DNA of 64,000 nucleotides, taken from the NCBI RefSeq assembly GCF_037042905.1, contig NC_087245.1, positions 23,562,001-23,626,000 on the forward strand, given 5' to 3'. The position numbers and the translations under genes are program-made. The DNA comes from Lytechinus pictus. Its lineage: Eukaryota. Positions 41,852 through 52,798 of the stretch are shown piece by piece (positions within the stretch are counted from its first letter, which is position 1; each line of letters begins with the position of its first letter). The notes beneath the pieces are model-generated. The model made no database searches. It saw only the letters and a list, made by a program, of their open reading frames with translations, and was not told the DNA's origin.

Positions 41852-42345
41852 AGCCCCGGTAGCTTATTTGCATAAAATTTAGCAAGCTTATAGCACAATG
41901 TTGTATGCAGTCCATCTTTCTTCCCGCTCTTTACTTTCAATCCGCGGCAGCCCGGTCGTGTTATTAAGTTTTTTTCTTGTCCCATTTCTTTGTTTTCCAA
42001 TTTAGCTTTTGACTAATTCCATTCTACCTTCGTTTCCCGCTATTGTTTGCCACTTTGTCATCTTTTGATTTATTTCCCATCATGCTATTGCATTACATAG
42101 GCCTATTTCAGAATGATTTGTTCTTTCTCAAATGTTCTTTTTTCGTTCCTTTTCCTGCTTAATTCCTTCCTTTTTCATTAAATTTTTGTTTTCTTCGTTT
42201 TTTTCTTCACTTTTTCCTTTCTTTTTCCTCTTTTCCTTTTCCCCTTTCCTTCTCCTTTCCCTTTCTTCTCCCTCTCTTGTCTCTTTTTCCCGTTTTTTTT
42301 ATTTTCCCGGTGAAATCCGCCCCCCCCCCGCCTGTTACGCCACTG

Positions 42346-42465
42346 CTACGAGGGACCTGGTAATGAGGATAATGCCTTACCAAAGGGCTCTAGCGCACCA
42401 AGTGGGAATCGAACCCGATCACCGTAATCCGAAACCCCCGCTCTGCCGACTGAGCTATCGCGCCT
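42346..42465 (-). mobile_element. tRNA-derived SINE head, 3'-truncated
   Basis: Minus strand GGCGCGATAGCTCAGTCGGCAGAGC (A box) ... GGGTTCGATTCCCAC (B box), then non-tRNA body CCTTTGGTAAGGCATT. No complete cloverleaf; cut off at the hAT element A terminus. Confidence 0.75.
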
Positions 42466-42630
42466 ACATGTAGCTTCACCAATTATTGTGCGTCGACACA
42501 AACCGAGTCTGTGCCCCAGAACATATTCATATCCTTATTAATACGATAATGAATGCAACCACTGTCTGTGTCAATTGACAGAGAAGCATTTTACTTATGA
42601 GTGCACTGCGGAAAAAACACAGGCCAGCTC

Positions 42631-44699
42631 CGGGTGTCTACAAAACGAAGACTTAAGACCTAAGACCCAAGACCCCATATATATACTACAAAAAAAACTA
42701 CAAAACTAAGACCCAACCATAGAGATGTATACATCTCTATGGACCCAACCAACTAATACTGTTGTTGTTGTTGTTATCTTGGGTTTTAAGGCGCGTATCA
42801 TTCAGATATGAATATTTATCACAGGATGCAGCCTAGTCTGTACTACAGACCCAGTTATTGAGAAACACTTCAAACATACCACCTATATCCTATGTATTTG
42901 AATCAAAATTACAAAACTAAGACCCTGTGTAATGTTCATTGGTATACAGCCTAGTCTGTACTCCAGACCCATTTATTGAGAAACACTTCAAACCTACCAC
43001 CTATATCCCATGTATTCGAGACAAAACTAAGACCCAACCAACTACAAAACTAAGACCCTGTGTAATATGCATTGGTATACAGCCTAGTCTGTACTCCAGA
43101 CCCAGTTATTGAGAAAAACTTCAAACCTACCACCTATATCCTATGCACTTGATACAAAACTACAAAACTAAGACCCAACGAACTACAAAACTAAGACCAT
43201 GTGTAATACTCATAGGATGCAGCCTAGTCTGTACTCTAGACCCAGTTATTGAGAAACAATTAAAACCTCTCGCCTGGATCTTATGTACCCGAGACAAAAC
43301 GAGACCCAATCAGTTACATAGCTAGGAGGACCCTGTGTAATATTCATTGGTATGCAGCTTAGTCTGTGTCCCAGACCTAGATATTTTGAAAAAGTTCAAA
43401 CCTACCATTATTCTAATCTCTATTTATTCTTTGGTACTTGCCGCATCCGTACCATATACTGAATTTTATTTTTATATATCTTGGGTATGTGCGTTTTAAC
43501 AAGCCTTTTTATGGCTTTTTTGTGCATGCCCAATTCCATTCATTATTTTATTCATATATATTTTTATAATTATGTGCCAACCATAATTTTATCATTACCA
43601 CTATTTGTTTCAGTTATGTTCTGTTAATACCTTTGCTTTGTTTTATGCTATTTATATTTTCTTTGTGTATATATTATTTTGTTCTTATTTTGTTCTTTTT
43701 AATGAATTTGTTAATAAATACTGTATTGAAAAAAATTGAAATCGAATCCTTCATCCTAGTCTAAACTTTAGAAAAAACTAGATAAGACCACATAAAAAAG
43801 GACATTGTTACTCAGAGATATATTCTTGGTCTGCTTTACATCCAAGACAATAATACTATGGCTATAGAGCAAGTTTATTTATTTATTTATTATTCATTTA
43901 AATTTGTTTGTAACAAGGGAATCTATATCGACCGAAAAGCAGAAATGCATAACACTTTACAAAATATTATATAAAAATACATTCAACATCCAATCAAAAA
44001 GATCAATTCACACAAATTCTCTACATCATAAGAAACAGCAAAACACCTAGATATTGTTGTTTATCATGGTGAGGGCGCATGTGTTAAATTATGACAAGCA
44101 TCTCCATCACGAATAACTCAAATTTAAAATACATGCGGCCGATTTTGAATAATCAGAAAATAGCAGGGAAGGGAGGAAAAATAAGACTAGGCTGCACGCC
44201 AATGTGTATTACACAGGGTATTAGTTTTATAGTTTTGTATCAAGTACATAGGATATAGGTTGTAGATTTGAAGTGTTCCTCAATAACTGGGTCTGGAGTA
44301 CAGACTAGGCTGCATCCTATGAGTATTACACGGGGTCTTAGTTTTGTAGTTCGTTGGGTCTTAGATTTGTAGTTTTGTATTACGTACATAGGATATAGGT
44401 TGTAGATTTGAAGTGTTTGTCAGTAACTGAGTCTAGAGTACAGACTAGGCTGCATACAAATGAATATTACACAGTGTCTTAGTTTTGTAGTTGGTTGGGT
44501 CTTAGTTTTGTAGTTTTGTATTAAGTACATAGGATAAAGGTTGTAGATTTGAAGTGTTTCTCAATAACTGAGTCTGGAGTACAGACTAGGCTGCATACAA
44601 ATGAATATTACACAGGGTCCTACTTTTGTAGTTTTTTTTTGTAGTATATATATGAGATCTTGGGTCTTATGTCTTAGGTCTTCGTTTTGTAGACACCCG
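42631..44699. mobile_element. Foldback element: long inverted arms built of ~120-130-bp tandem repeats
   Basis: Ends CGGGTGTCTACAAAACGAAGAC / GTCTTCGTTTTGTAGACACCCG. TSD GCCAGCTC (8 bp), or GGCCAGCTCC (10 bp) if the ends are GGG/CCC. Arms ~42631-43410 and ~44184-44699; non-coding centre. Confidence 0.88.
42718..42741. mobile_element. 24-bp palindromic micro-insertion with 8-bp TSD (P-superfamily footprint-like)
   Basis: GACCCAAC|CATAGAGATGTATACATCTCTATG|GACCCAAC; a sibling repeat unit at ~43031 shows the empty site. Confidence 0.8.
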
Positions 44700-45149
44700 G
44701 CCAGCTCCATAGGCTATATGGAACCACGTACAGTACAAAGCATTAGCCTCCACGTCATATTTTCCACTCAATTTTAAAATTGCTATCAAAATAATAAATA
44801 TCTCTTCAAGTGTAAGTGTAAGTCTCAAAATCTCCTTCTACAGCATCTATGTATGAAGGAGTCTTGTAAAGCATTAAATGAATGAACATTATACATTTAA
44901 ATGTTTTTCGTTTTTTTAATATTAAAAAAGAAACATTACCGAATGACCTACATACATTAAAGTATAATTCCTGAAGTTAAAACTTCAATTTGCCACCGTG
45001 GTTACGTACCCGTGTGGAACAGTGGCGTCACGAGCAAAAAAAAAATAGAGGGGCAAAATATGCCCCCCCCCCCTACCACAAGAGAAAATGTGCGTATTTT
45101 CACGCAATGACAGTTGGAAATGTCACAAATAGATGAAACTCTGATATAT

Positions 45150-45314
45150 CAGGGGCCGCGGAAGCGGGGGGGGGGGGGAGGGGCTGGAGGGCTTCAGCCC
45201 CCCCCCCCCACTTTTTTCCAAAACCGTGTACAAAAACGTGAAAATTACCATAGATTGTAATTTTTTGCATGGTCAGCCCCCCCCCCCTCTTTGAAAATCG
45301 TTCCGCGGTCCCTG
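45150..45314. mobile_element. Short hAT-type MITE (family of 8218-8371)
   Basis: CAGGGGCCGCGGAA...TTCCGCGGTCCCTG; the internal GTGTACAAAAACGTGAAA matches 8305-8330 in reverse. Confidence 0.75.
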
Positions 45315-47038
45315 TATATTAAAACCGGGACGTAATTTAATCACACGTATGAACAACGACTAGGCCTACTTACCTATTGTAATTGTTTTCATGTCAATAT
45401 ATCTTCTCTGAAGGAAAGAAGAGATTCAAACTCTATGCAATTACATAAGTATTGTCCATCAGCTGACAAGATAAAGCTCCTGATTAATTGTTTAACTGCT
45501 CATCAGCGTTTCGAATGTCATGCATGCAGGCATTTGCCCCATCTGAAAAATCTGCACCATATAGGCCTATGTGCCCAGCCCTCGGAAGAAATCCAGTTTT
45601 CTCTTGAAATATGTGCTAGTCGATTAAATTCATTAGTAATATCACCCAATGAGTATAGGCCTAGGCATTCTTTCACAAGTTGCAAAATTCAACTATGATA
45701 CAATGATGCGCGATGTACAGGTTCGTGGTAAAGGCTATCGATTAGTTTGTTTAGTATTGTGTAATTTACACCATAAATTACGCATTGCACAATTTATGTC
45801 ATGTGAACATTATGAAAAGAAGTGAGTTTTAGTTGACATCATGGAACATGATTTGAGATCTTTTCATGAGATGAAATTCATTAACATGTCAAGAATGTTT
45901 TTTTCATACCGAAATTGCGGTCACGCTTGGATGATTTATAATAGAGCGCCGCAATAACAACAAAAGAAAGTTCGTTTACCATACGTAAGTCAACGATATA
46001 AAGTATGACGATTTGTCTGTAAATTTGCTTACCTAAATAATAGGAGAATAGAATGATGCAGTTCTTGTGTTTTTCATAGAATATACGAATACTGAAACGA
46101 CTCGAAGTCGTGCTAGATGTCTTCTTTTGCTTTTCTGGTGCAGTATTGTGCCTCATCACACTCATGTTCATAATTATACTCTTGAAACTCAATGTCTCAC
46201 CCAAACTTGCTCTTATAAATGTGCAATGTAGATCCGTGGTGCAATAAGAAGAGTCTCAGCGTTTACGCACCCATGGCTGTGTGACCGTGACCTCTCCCAT
46301 CTGACTTTCGACCTATATCAGCTCTGACAGTGCAGTGTCGGAAGCCGGTTATTCCATAATCAAGTTCCCGGATGACTTTTTTACTGGTCTCCTTGAAAAC
46401 ATGGACACTGCGAGAACTAGTAGGACCCATTTCCAAAATAACGATGTCAATGATTTTTTATCTGTCTAATAGAAGTTTTTTTTTTACATTGATGCAACAT
46501 TCACAATTTCGTCTTGGATATTTGCAAAACCAAGGAAATCATGTTTTTCGGCGTGCATTATGAAAATCCATAGTTTCTTTTGCATGAACCTCATTGTAAA
46601 TAATCATCTTTTGATCAAGTCCAGTAGTGCAATGAGGCAAAAATTTTGAGACATGGCGCATAGAGCAAATTTCTAAAGAGCTGTGACATGGCAAAGCGAG
46701 CAAGCAAAAAATGTCTCTTTAATACAAAAAAATTGATATAATATTCAAAAAATGATCCCCTTTCCTTTCCTTTTAATTCTTTATCTCAATTTTCGTTTCT
46801 TTGTCGTGAAAATTTTAGGAGGTCCCAGCCCACTCCCCATCTGTACGTCAGTGATCAATAACTTTAATAGGACAGTCATTGACATTAAATTAACTGACTT
46901 TTGGAAACAACTCAGAAATAGCATATCGTAATTCTATCCATGATTTCGTATTTACTATCGCATTCTAATCCTCTTTACTAGTATACAGCGCATGCCACTT
47001 AGTTTTTTTTAAATTCTAATAAGGATGATAGCATAGTA

Positions 47039-47603
47039 ACAAGTCCACCCCAATAAAAAGTTGATCTGAATAAAAAGAGAAAAATCCAACAAGCATAACA
47101 CTGAAAATTTCATCAAAATCGGCGGATGTAAAATAAGAAAGTTATGACAGTTTTAAGTTTCGCTTAATTTCACGAAACAGTTATATGCACAACCCGGTTG
47201 GTATGCAAATACAATTTCTTTTGTATTTTATCATATGAAATATTCTCCTCATTGTCCTGTGAAACAAAGTTTTATTTCTCCCTGAACATGTGGAATTACC
47301 ATTGTTTAACATTTTATGTTTTAGTCAAGTTGGTCCTTATTGTCAAATCTGTAAAAACTGAAATATCGTTTAATTCAAACAATATAAAAAACACAAAAGA
47401 AATAGTGAGGTGCATCATCGATTCTCTCATTTGCATGTAACTTAATTGTGCATATAACTATTTTTTTGAAAAATAAGCGAAACTTTAAAATGTCATAACT
47501 TTCTTATTTTACATCAAATTTTGAGGAAATTTTTAGCATTTTACTGTCTGATTTATCTCTATTGATTAAAATCAACATTTTTTTAGATGGACTTGACCTT
47601 TAA
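47039..47603. mobile_element. Kolobok/T2-type MITE (left tip eroded)
   Basis: ACAAGTCCACCCC...ATGGACTTGACCT|TTAA; internal sequence matches 1381-1991. Confidence 0.8.
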
Positions 47604-48059
47604 CATAGTATTGGTACGATATTTAGAACTTTACACAGTAAGATGTTCCATGTCTCGATTTTAGATCAAATTGTATTTACGTGTTATCCAAACTCGGGTC
47701 GCAGGCCAATCGTAAGAGGAGGCTTGTTGTTCGACGTAAAGTGGCTTCCTGGGGCGAAATTCAGGCGCTTCAGATGCGGGCGGGGGGGGGGGGGGGCTGT
47801 TAGAAGGTGTGATGGAGACGGAGTGAGGTAGGGCTTGTAACGATTGTCTGTGTTCGCGGAGCGGGGGTGGCCGCACCCTTTCGAGAAGACCGGGTGAGCT
47901 TTTCTCGATAGGGTGGGTTGAGGGGGGGGGGGAGTAAAATTAACACACCTTTTCGAGACAACCGGGGGAGCTATTCACGACAGGCTGTGCTGAGTTTTTG
48001 TAAGGGTAGGGAGGCCTAACAGTGAGGTGAGGATGGGTGCGTGTGTGTATATTTGTGTG

Positions 48060-48310
48060 CATAGGCGGCTGAAGCGGGGGGGGGGGGGAGGGGGACGGGG
48101 GTCCTGTCCCCTTAAATTTTGAGGACGGACTACCCCCTTTTCTGCTTGTCAATTTTGTTTCCTGCGTCCCCCTCTAAATTCAGGTGGACCCCCCCCCCCC
48201 TAAAATTATGGTTGATAACCTTTTTTTTTGCTTGTCCAATTTTTTTACCTGTATCCATCTCAAAATTTCAGGTGGACCCCCGCTAATATTTTTGGCTTTT
48301 GCCACCAATG
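48060..48310. mobile_element. hAT-type MITE
   Basis: Ends CATAGGCGGC / GCCACCAATG; flanks TTTGTGTG / TATGTGTG (7/8 match). Confidence 0.6.
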
Positions 48311-49256
48311 TATGTGTGTGTGTAACTGATGAAGGAAAGAAGACAAAACCACATATTTTTGTGCATTTTCATTTTTGACTTATTCATTCTCAATAGTCTC
48401 GGCGGTCCACATTTCTCAAGAAAAAAAATCACAAAGCAGTAACTTGTTCATAAATTACATATGGCGTCGCCTTCCCGCACAAAGGTCGTTAGCGCGCACT
48501 GCTCGTCGCCTTCCCGCGAAAGGGGCGGTATCGTGCAGTGAACACTATGCGCTACGGCTTTTGTGCGGGAAGGCGACGGGCAGTGCAGTGCGCACTAGTT
48601 AACGGCCTTTGTGCGGGAAGGTGAAAATAATATATCTACTCCCAGACTATATGTCATCATAACCAACCCTTTTGATTTTCATCTAATTTAGGAGCAATGA
48701 CCATGTATTATATTCATTAATGTATAGTAATAAAATACTCCAGACCAAGTTCAATTATGTATATAAATAACTTAATAACTTCTACAATAAATAAAAAACG
48801 AATGAAATGCTTCCAACTGCATGAGAAATGTCAAATTACCGACATTTTTCGTGTACATTATTAACAAAATATTTTTAAAAGACCATTCCAAGAACCAATG
48901 ACAAGATGCCGTCAGATCTTAACTGTACAACCTGTAATTTGAATACTTTCCCAATGTCCCATAAATAAGACATTTAATTTCGCCTTTAGTATTTTCGAAA
49001 ATTGGTGAGAATAATGGAACATCAGTTTGTTCTATACAAGTTTCGGAGATTAAAGAAAATGTTATTTGTTGTTTATCCATGGGTCCAGGACGAAACTACT
49101 GGTTTGATTATCAAATTATCGTTAAAGTCTTCTTGGTTGTTCATTGTCATAGATGCCATTTGACAATACATTTTTAGGTTCTTGAAAGCGTTCTGCATGC
49201 ATGGAGGTGCGAAAATTCCCTATTGTAGAACACATAGGCCACTATAATCCATAATT

Positions 49257-50483
49257 TCAATAAGCATTCGTCCAACTAAGCTCTCGTCCAAGGACCTTTA
49301 CAAGCTGTCTATTAAATGGTCTAAAGTGATCTTGTAGCTTTTTCATCAGGTCATCATTGACGAACTCATGTTGCCTCCCCTTGTTACTTCGCATACACAT
49401 CTCAAAAGGATCTCGAAGGCAGATAAATCCTTTCGTCTCGTTGAAATAAAACTTTGTATCATCAAAGTAGCGATCGATCCCCAGAAATCCCTCGACCTGT
49501 TGGAGAACTGGGGTGGGATCCATAATAAACTCTTCCCCGTCCAAGATCAGGATGTGTTCTCTCGGAAAGATGTTGTACCACTGTGTTAGGTATTTGACAT
49601 AGCGGCTCGAATCAAGGAGACGATTAGCAACCTTGAGACCTCCATTCGGAAAAAGGACCGACTCGCGAAAGGTGGATTTAATCTCATACTGTGGAGCACT
49701 AGTATTTTCCTGGATATGTATCTCATGATATTCATTACGAGCTACCATATGCATATAGTTTGACACTGCACGGTTTATGGGTTCACGGAGAATGATGATG
49801 AACTTGGTATCAGGCATTGCCTTCCGTAGTCTTTTTGCGATTGGTATTCTGATGAAATACCCAGCAGTTTTTTCTATAGCAATCTGATCGGGGGTGGAAT
49901 ATGGCATGACATCCGCGTATGCATCGTACTCATATGTAAGATGATGATTGGCGAAATGCAGTTCTGTTAGTGGGAATGAAATAGCTGGATGGAGTTCCAG
50001 ATATGCCTTGAGAGCCGTGGTGCCACTCTTCATGGAGCCTGGAATGATGACATCGGGTCTGCGTTTCTTGCATCCTCTCATCCTTAGAATTTCTTCGTTC
50101 AAAAGTTTGATTTCTGGTGGATATGTATTCAACCCCTTCCGGCAGTAGCATCCACGATCAATATCACCCTCCTCGCACACATCACCAAGCTCTTCCCTGA
50201 GCTGCATGTACATGGGGCTTTTTGGAGATTTGATCCCTTTGATCGTGCCTGGGGCAGAAGCAGAAGCTTTGAAGGCATACTGCGGCTGATGAACCCGGGT
50301 AGTGCTATTGGCATTATGCTCAGAAGGGCACTTTTGGAACCTTGCACAGGATTTAACCATCGACAGGAACCGCAATTCCACTGTGAAGATTCCTAGCGTC
50401 AAGAAACCACTGATGGCCACCACCAGCAGGATTGTAATGGCTGTAGTTACCGATGGTCTTCTGACGTGCATTATCATGGTCAT
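49257..50483 (-). CDS. HS3ST1-like Golgi sulfotransferase, paralog 3 (408 aa), close paralog of paralog 2
   Basis: Intact ORF. Signal anchor AITILLVVAISGFLTLGIFTV; PGSMKSGTTAL; TELHFAN; IEKTAGYF; ILREPINRAVSNY; FYFNETKGFICLRDPFEMCM..KGRQH. Candidate minus-strand acceptor AG at 50549-50550. Confidence 0.9.
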   Translation of the reverse strand: MTMIMHVRRPSVTTAITILLVVAISGFLTLGIFTVELRFLSMVKSCARFQKCPSEHNANSTTRVHQPQYAFKASASAPGTIKGIKSPKSPMYMQLREELGDVCEEGDIDRGCYCRKGLNTYPPEIKLLNEEILRMRGCKKRRPDVIIPGSMKSGTTALKAYLELHPAISFPLTELHFANHHLTYEYDAYADVMPYSTPDQIAIEKTAGYFIRIPIAKRLRKAMPDTKFIIILREPINRAVSNYMHMVARNEYHEIHIQENTSAPQYEIKSTFRESVLFPNGGLKVANRLLDSSRYVKYLTQWYNIFPREHILILDGEEFIMDPTPVLQQVEGFLGIDRYFDDTKFYFNETKGFICLRDPFEMCMRSNKGRQHEFVNDDLMKKLQDHFRPFNRQLVKVLGRELSWTNAY

Positions 50484-50759
50484 GATGGTTGAGACAGAGA
50501 GCTTTCTAAATACCTTGGCTTCGTATATTGACCTGCCACCACAAGAGTCTGCATTGTGTAGATAAAAGATACAGGGTATTTTTTAATTACGAGAGAATAA
50601 GACTACACGGCACATCGGGGCATATCAAATAAATTGACGAATTTGTTCGTTTATGGAATGAATTGTATCGACTGTTCCACCCTATTATACGAGGGATTCG
50701 TTATCAAAATACATGTTTAATGGAATTTATTATGAAAATAAAGTAATTTGTGTAAGGAG

Positions 50760-52020
50760 GAACAAGTGGAGCGCTTCTTGCAGTCTCGCCTGCATTACGC
50801 GATGCAATATAGCAGCAGTGCTGACTTTGAAAACGACTGTAGAATAATCATTCACAAAAAACACCATTCATATTATGATGATAAAATACTATGTCCACTG
50901 ACCCTAAATGACATTTGACCTTGATCGTGTGACCAAAGAGTTGTGCAAGACGATCAGTGATACTTGATGTCCACATTTCATGAATAAGATCCATAAACGT
51001 TTAAAAAGTTATGATGGCAATTCAACAAATACCCCCAACACGGCCAAAGTTCATTGACCTTGGTCATGTGATCTGAAACTCACGCAGGATGTTCATTGGT
51101 GCTTGATTACTTTTATGTCCACGTTTCATGAACTAGATCTATATACTTTCAGATCTGAAAACTCACGCAGGATGTTCATTGGTGCTTGATTACTTTTATG
51201 TCCGAGTCCACGTTTCATGAACTAGATCTATATACTTTCAGAGTTATGATATTAAAAAAAAACTTCAATTGCTTAAGAATTCGTGTTGATACCCCCAACA
51301 CAATACCCCCAAATTGGTCAAAGTTCATTGACCTTAAATGACCTTTGACCTTAGTCATGTGAGACGATCAGTGATACTTGATGTCCACATTTCATGAATA
51401 AGATACATAAACGTTTAAAAAGTTATGATGGCAATTCAACAAATACCCCCAACACGGCCAAAGTTCATTGACCTTGGTCATGTGATCTGAAACTCAGACA
51501 GGGTGCTCAGTAATACTTGATTACCCTTATTTCCAAGTTTCATGAACTATATAGGCCCATAAATTTTCAAAGTTATGATGGAAATCAACATAATCCCCTA
51601 ACATGGCCAAAGTTCATCGACCCTAAATGACCTTTGACCTTGGTCATGTGACCTGAAACTCAGGCAGGGTGCTCAGTAATACTTGGTTACACTTATGTCC
51701 AAGTTTCATGAACTATAAAAGGCCCATATACTTTCTAAGTTATGATGACATTTCAAAAACTTAACCTTCGGTTAAGATTTTGATATTGATTCCCCCAACA
51801 TGATCTAAGTTCATTGACCCAAAATGACCTTTGGCCTTGGTCATGTGACATCAAATTCTAAAAGGATGTTCAGTAATACTTGATAATCATTATGTCCAAG
51901 TTTCATGAACTAGGCCCATATACTAAGTTATGATGACATTTCAAAAACTTAACCTTCGGTTAAGATTTTATGTTGACGACGACGCCGCCGTCGTCGGAAA
52001 AGCGGCGCATATATGCTCGA
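50760..52020 (+). mobile_element. Helentron/HINE-like non-autonomous element with internal tandem repeats
   Basis: Starts AACAAG, contains degenerate tandem units with TGACCTTTGACCTTGGTCATGTGA and CCAAGTTTCATGAACTA, and ends in a (GAC)n/(GCC)n run. Family assignment is by resemblance only. Confidence 0.55.
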
Positions 52021-52325
52021 TCGAACAATACAAACTCTCTCACACACATATTATATATATAAATATACACTACTCAAAAAAAGTTAAGGACCACTTTTTA
52101 AAACGTACATAAAGATTTTATACAAGGTGTTTTATTTCTGGAAATACCTCAGTACAACTGTCCTAAATGTCCTTAAACACGCTGTAATCAATTTCACGCA
52201 TGGGTGGTTTCAGTTGTTGCACAATGTCTCTCGCATCACTGCACATCCTGAAAAGTGGGCCCCGAGGGGTATCAGCTACCGACATGAAGTGGTAAAAACG
52301 AATGTCTGAGTGTCTTTCAGGCAGT

Positions 52326-52756
52326 TCAGTAACGAGTGTGACCACCTCCTGCAGCAATAACGGCTTCACAGCGCTGTCTCATGGAGCTGATGAGGCGATT
52401 GATGTCTCTGACGTCCAGTGCATCCCATGCAGCCTCCAGAGCCACACCCAGCTGCTGCAGTCCAAGTGGATGGGCTTCGAGCTGCTCGAGACTCCTCCCC
52501 ATCATGTCCCAGACGTGCTCTATCGGGTTTAAGTCCGGGGACCTCGCTGGCCACTCCATACGCTCAATCCCCTGGCCCTCAAGGAACTCGGTCACCACCC
52601 TAGCTCGGTGGGCACGGGCATTGTCATCCATGAAAATGATGTTTTGTCCCACATTTTCTGCAAATGGCACCACTATAGGTTCAAGGACCTCATCCCTGTA
52701 CCTCACTCCTGTCATTGCTCCCCCTGGGACCACGTAGAGACGAGTACGGTTGGCGT
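52326..52756 (-). pseudogene. Inverted duplicate of the transposase 3' end (D2, E and C-terminus) inside the left TIR
   Basis: The ORF track 52326..52775(-) matches the transposase C-terminus from ANRTRLY to GGHTRY except one D/Y difference; it has no DNA-binding domain and no first catalytic Asp. Confidence 0.9.
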
Positions 52757-52798
52757 CCGTCTTTAGTCTGTACAATCAACAACTTGCCTACAACAGCA

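Larger units (their letters stand above)
33018..42345. mobile_element. hAT-type non-autonomous element A, outer copy, expanded by nested insertions
   Basis: Termini CAGCGGCGTAACAGG (33018) and CCTGTTACGCCACTG (42345). Segments 33018-33410, 33993-34636, 40208-40253 and 41852-42345 join into a sequence colinear with the intact inner copy 40254-41851. Confidence 0.85.

Noticed and set aside
42395..42465. tRNA gene on the minus strand
   Set aside because: A and B boxes are present, but the acceptor and anticodon stems do not close and it runs into SINE body sequence; called a SINE head.
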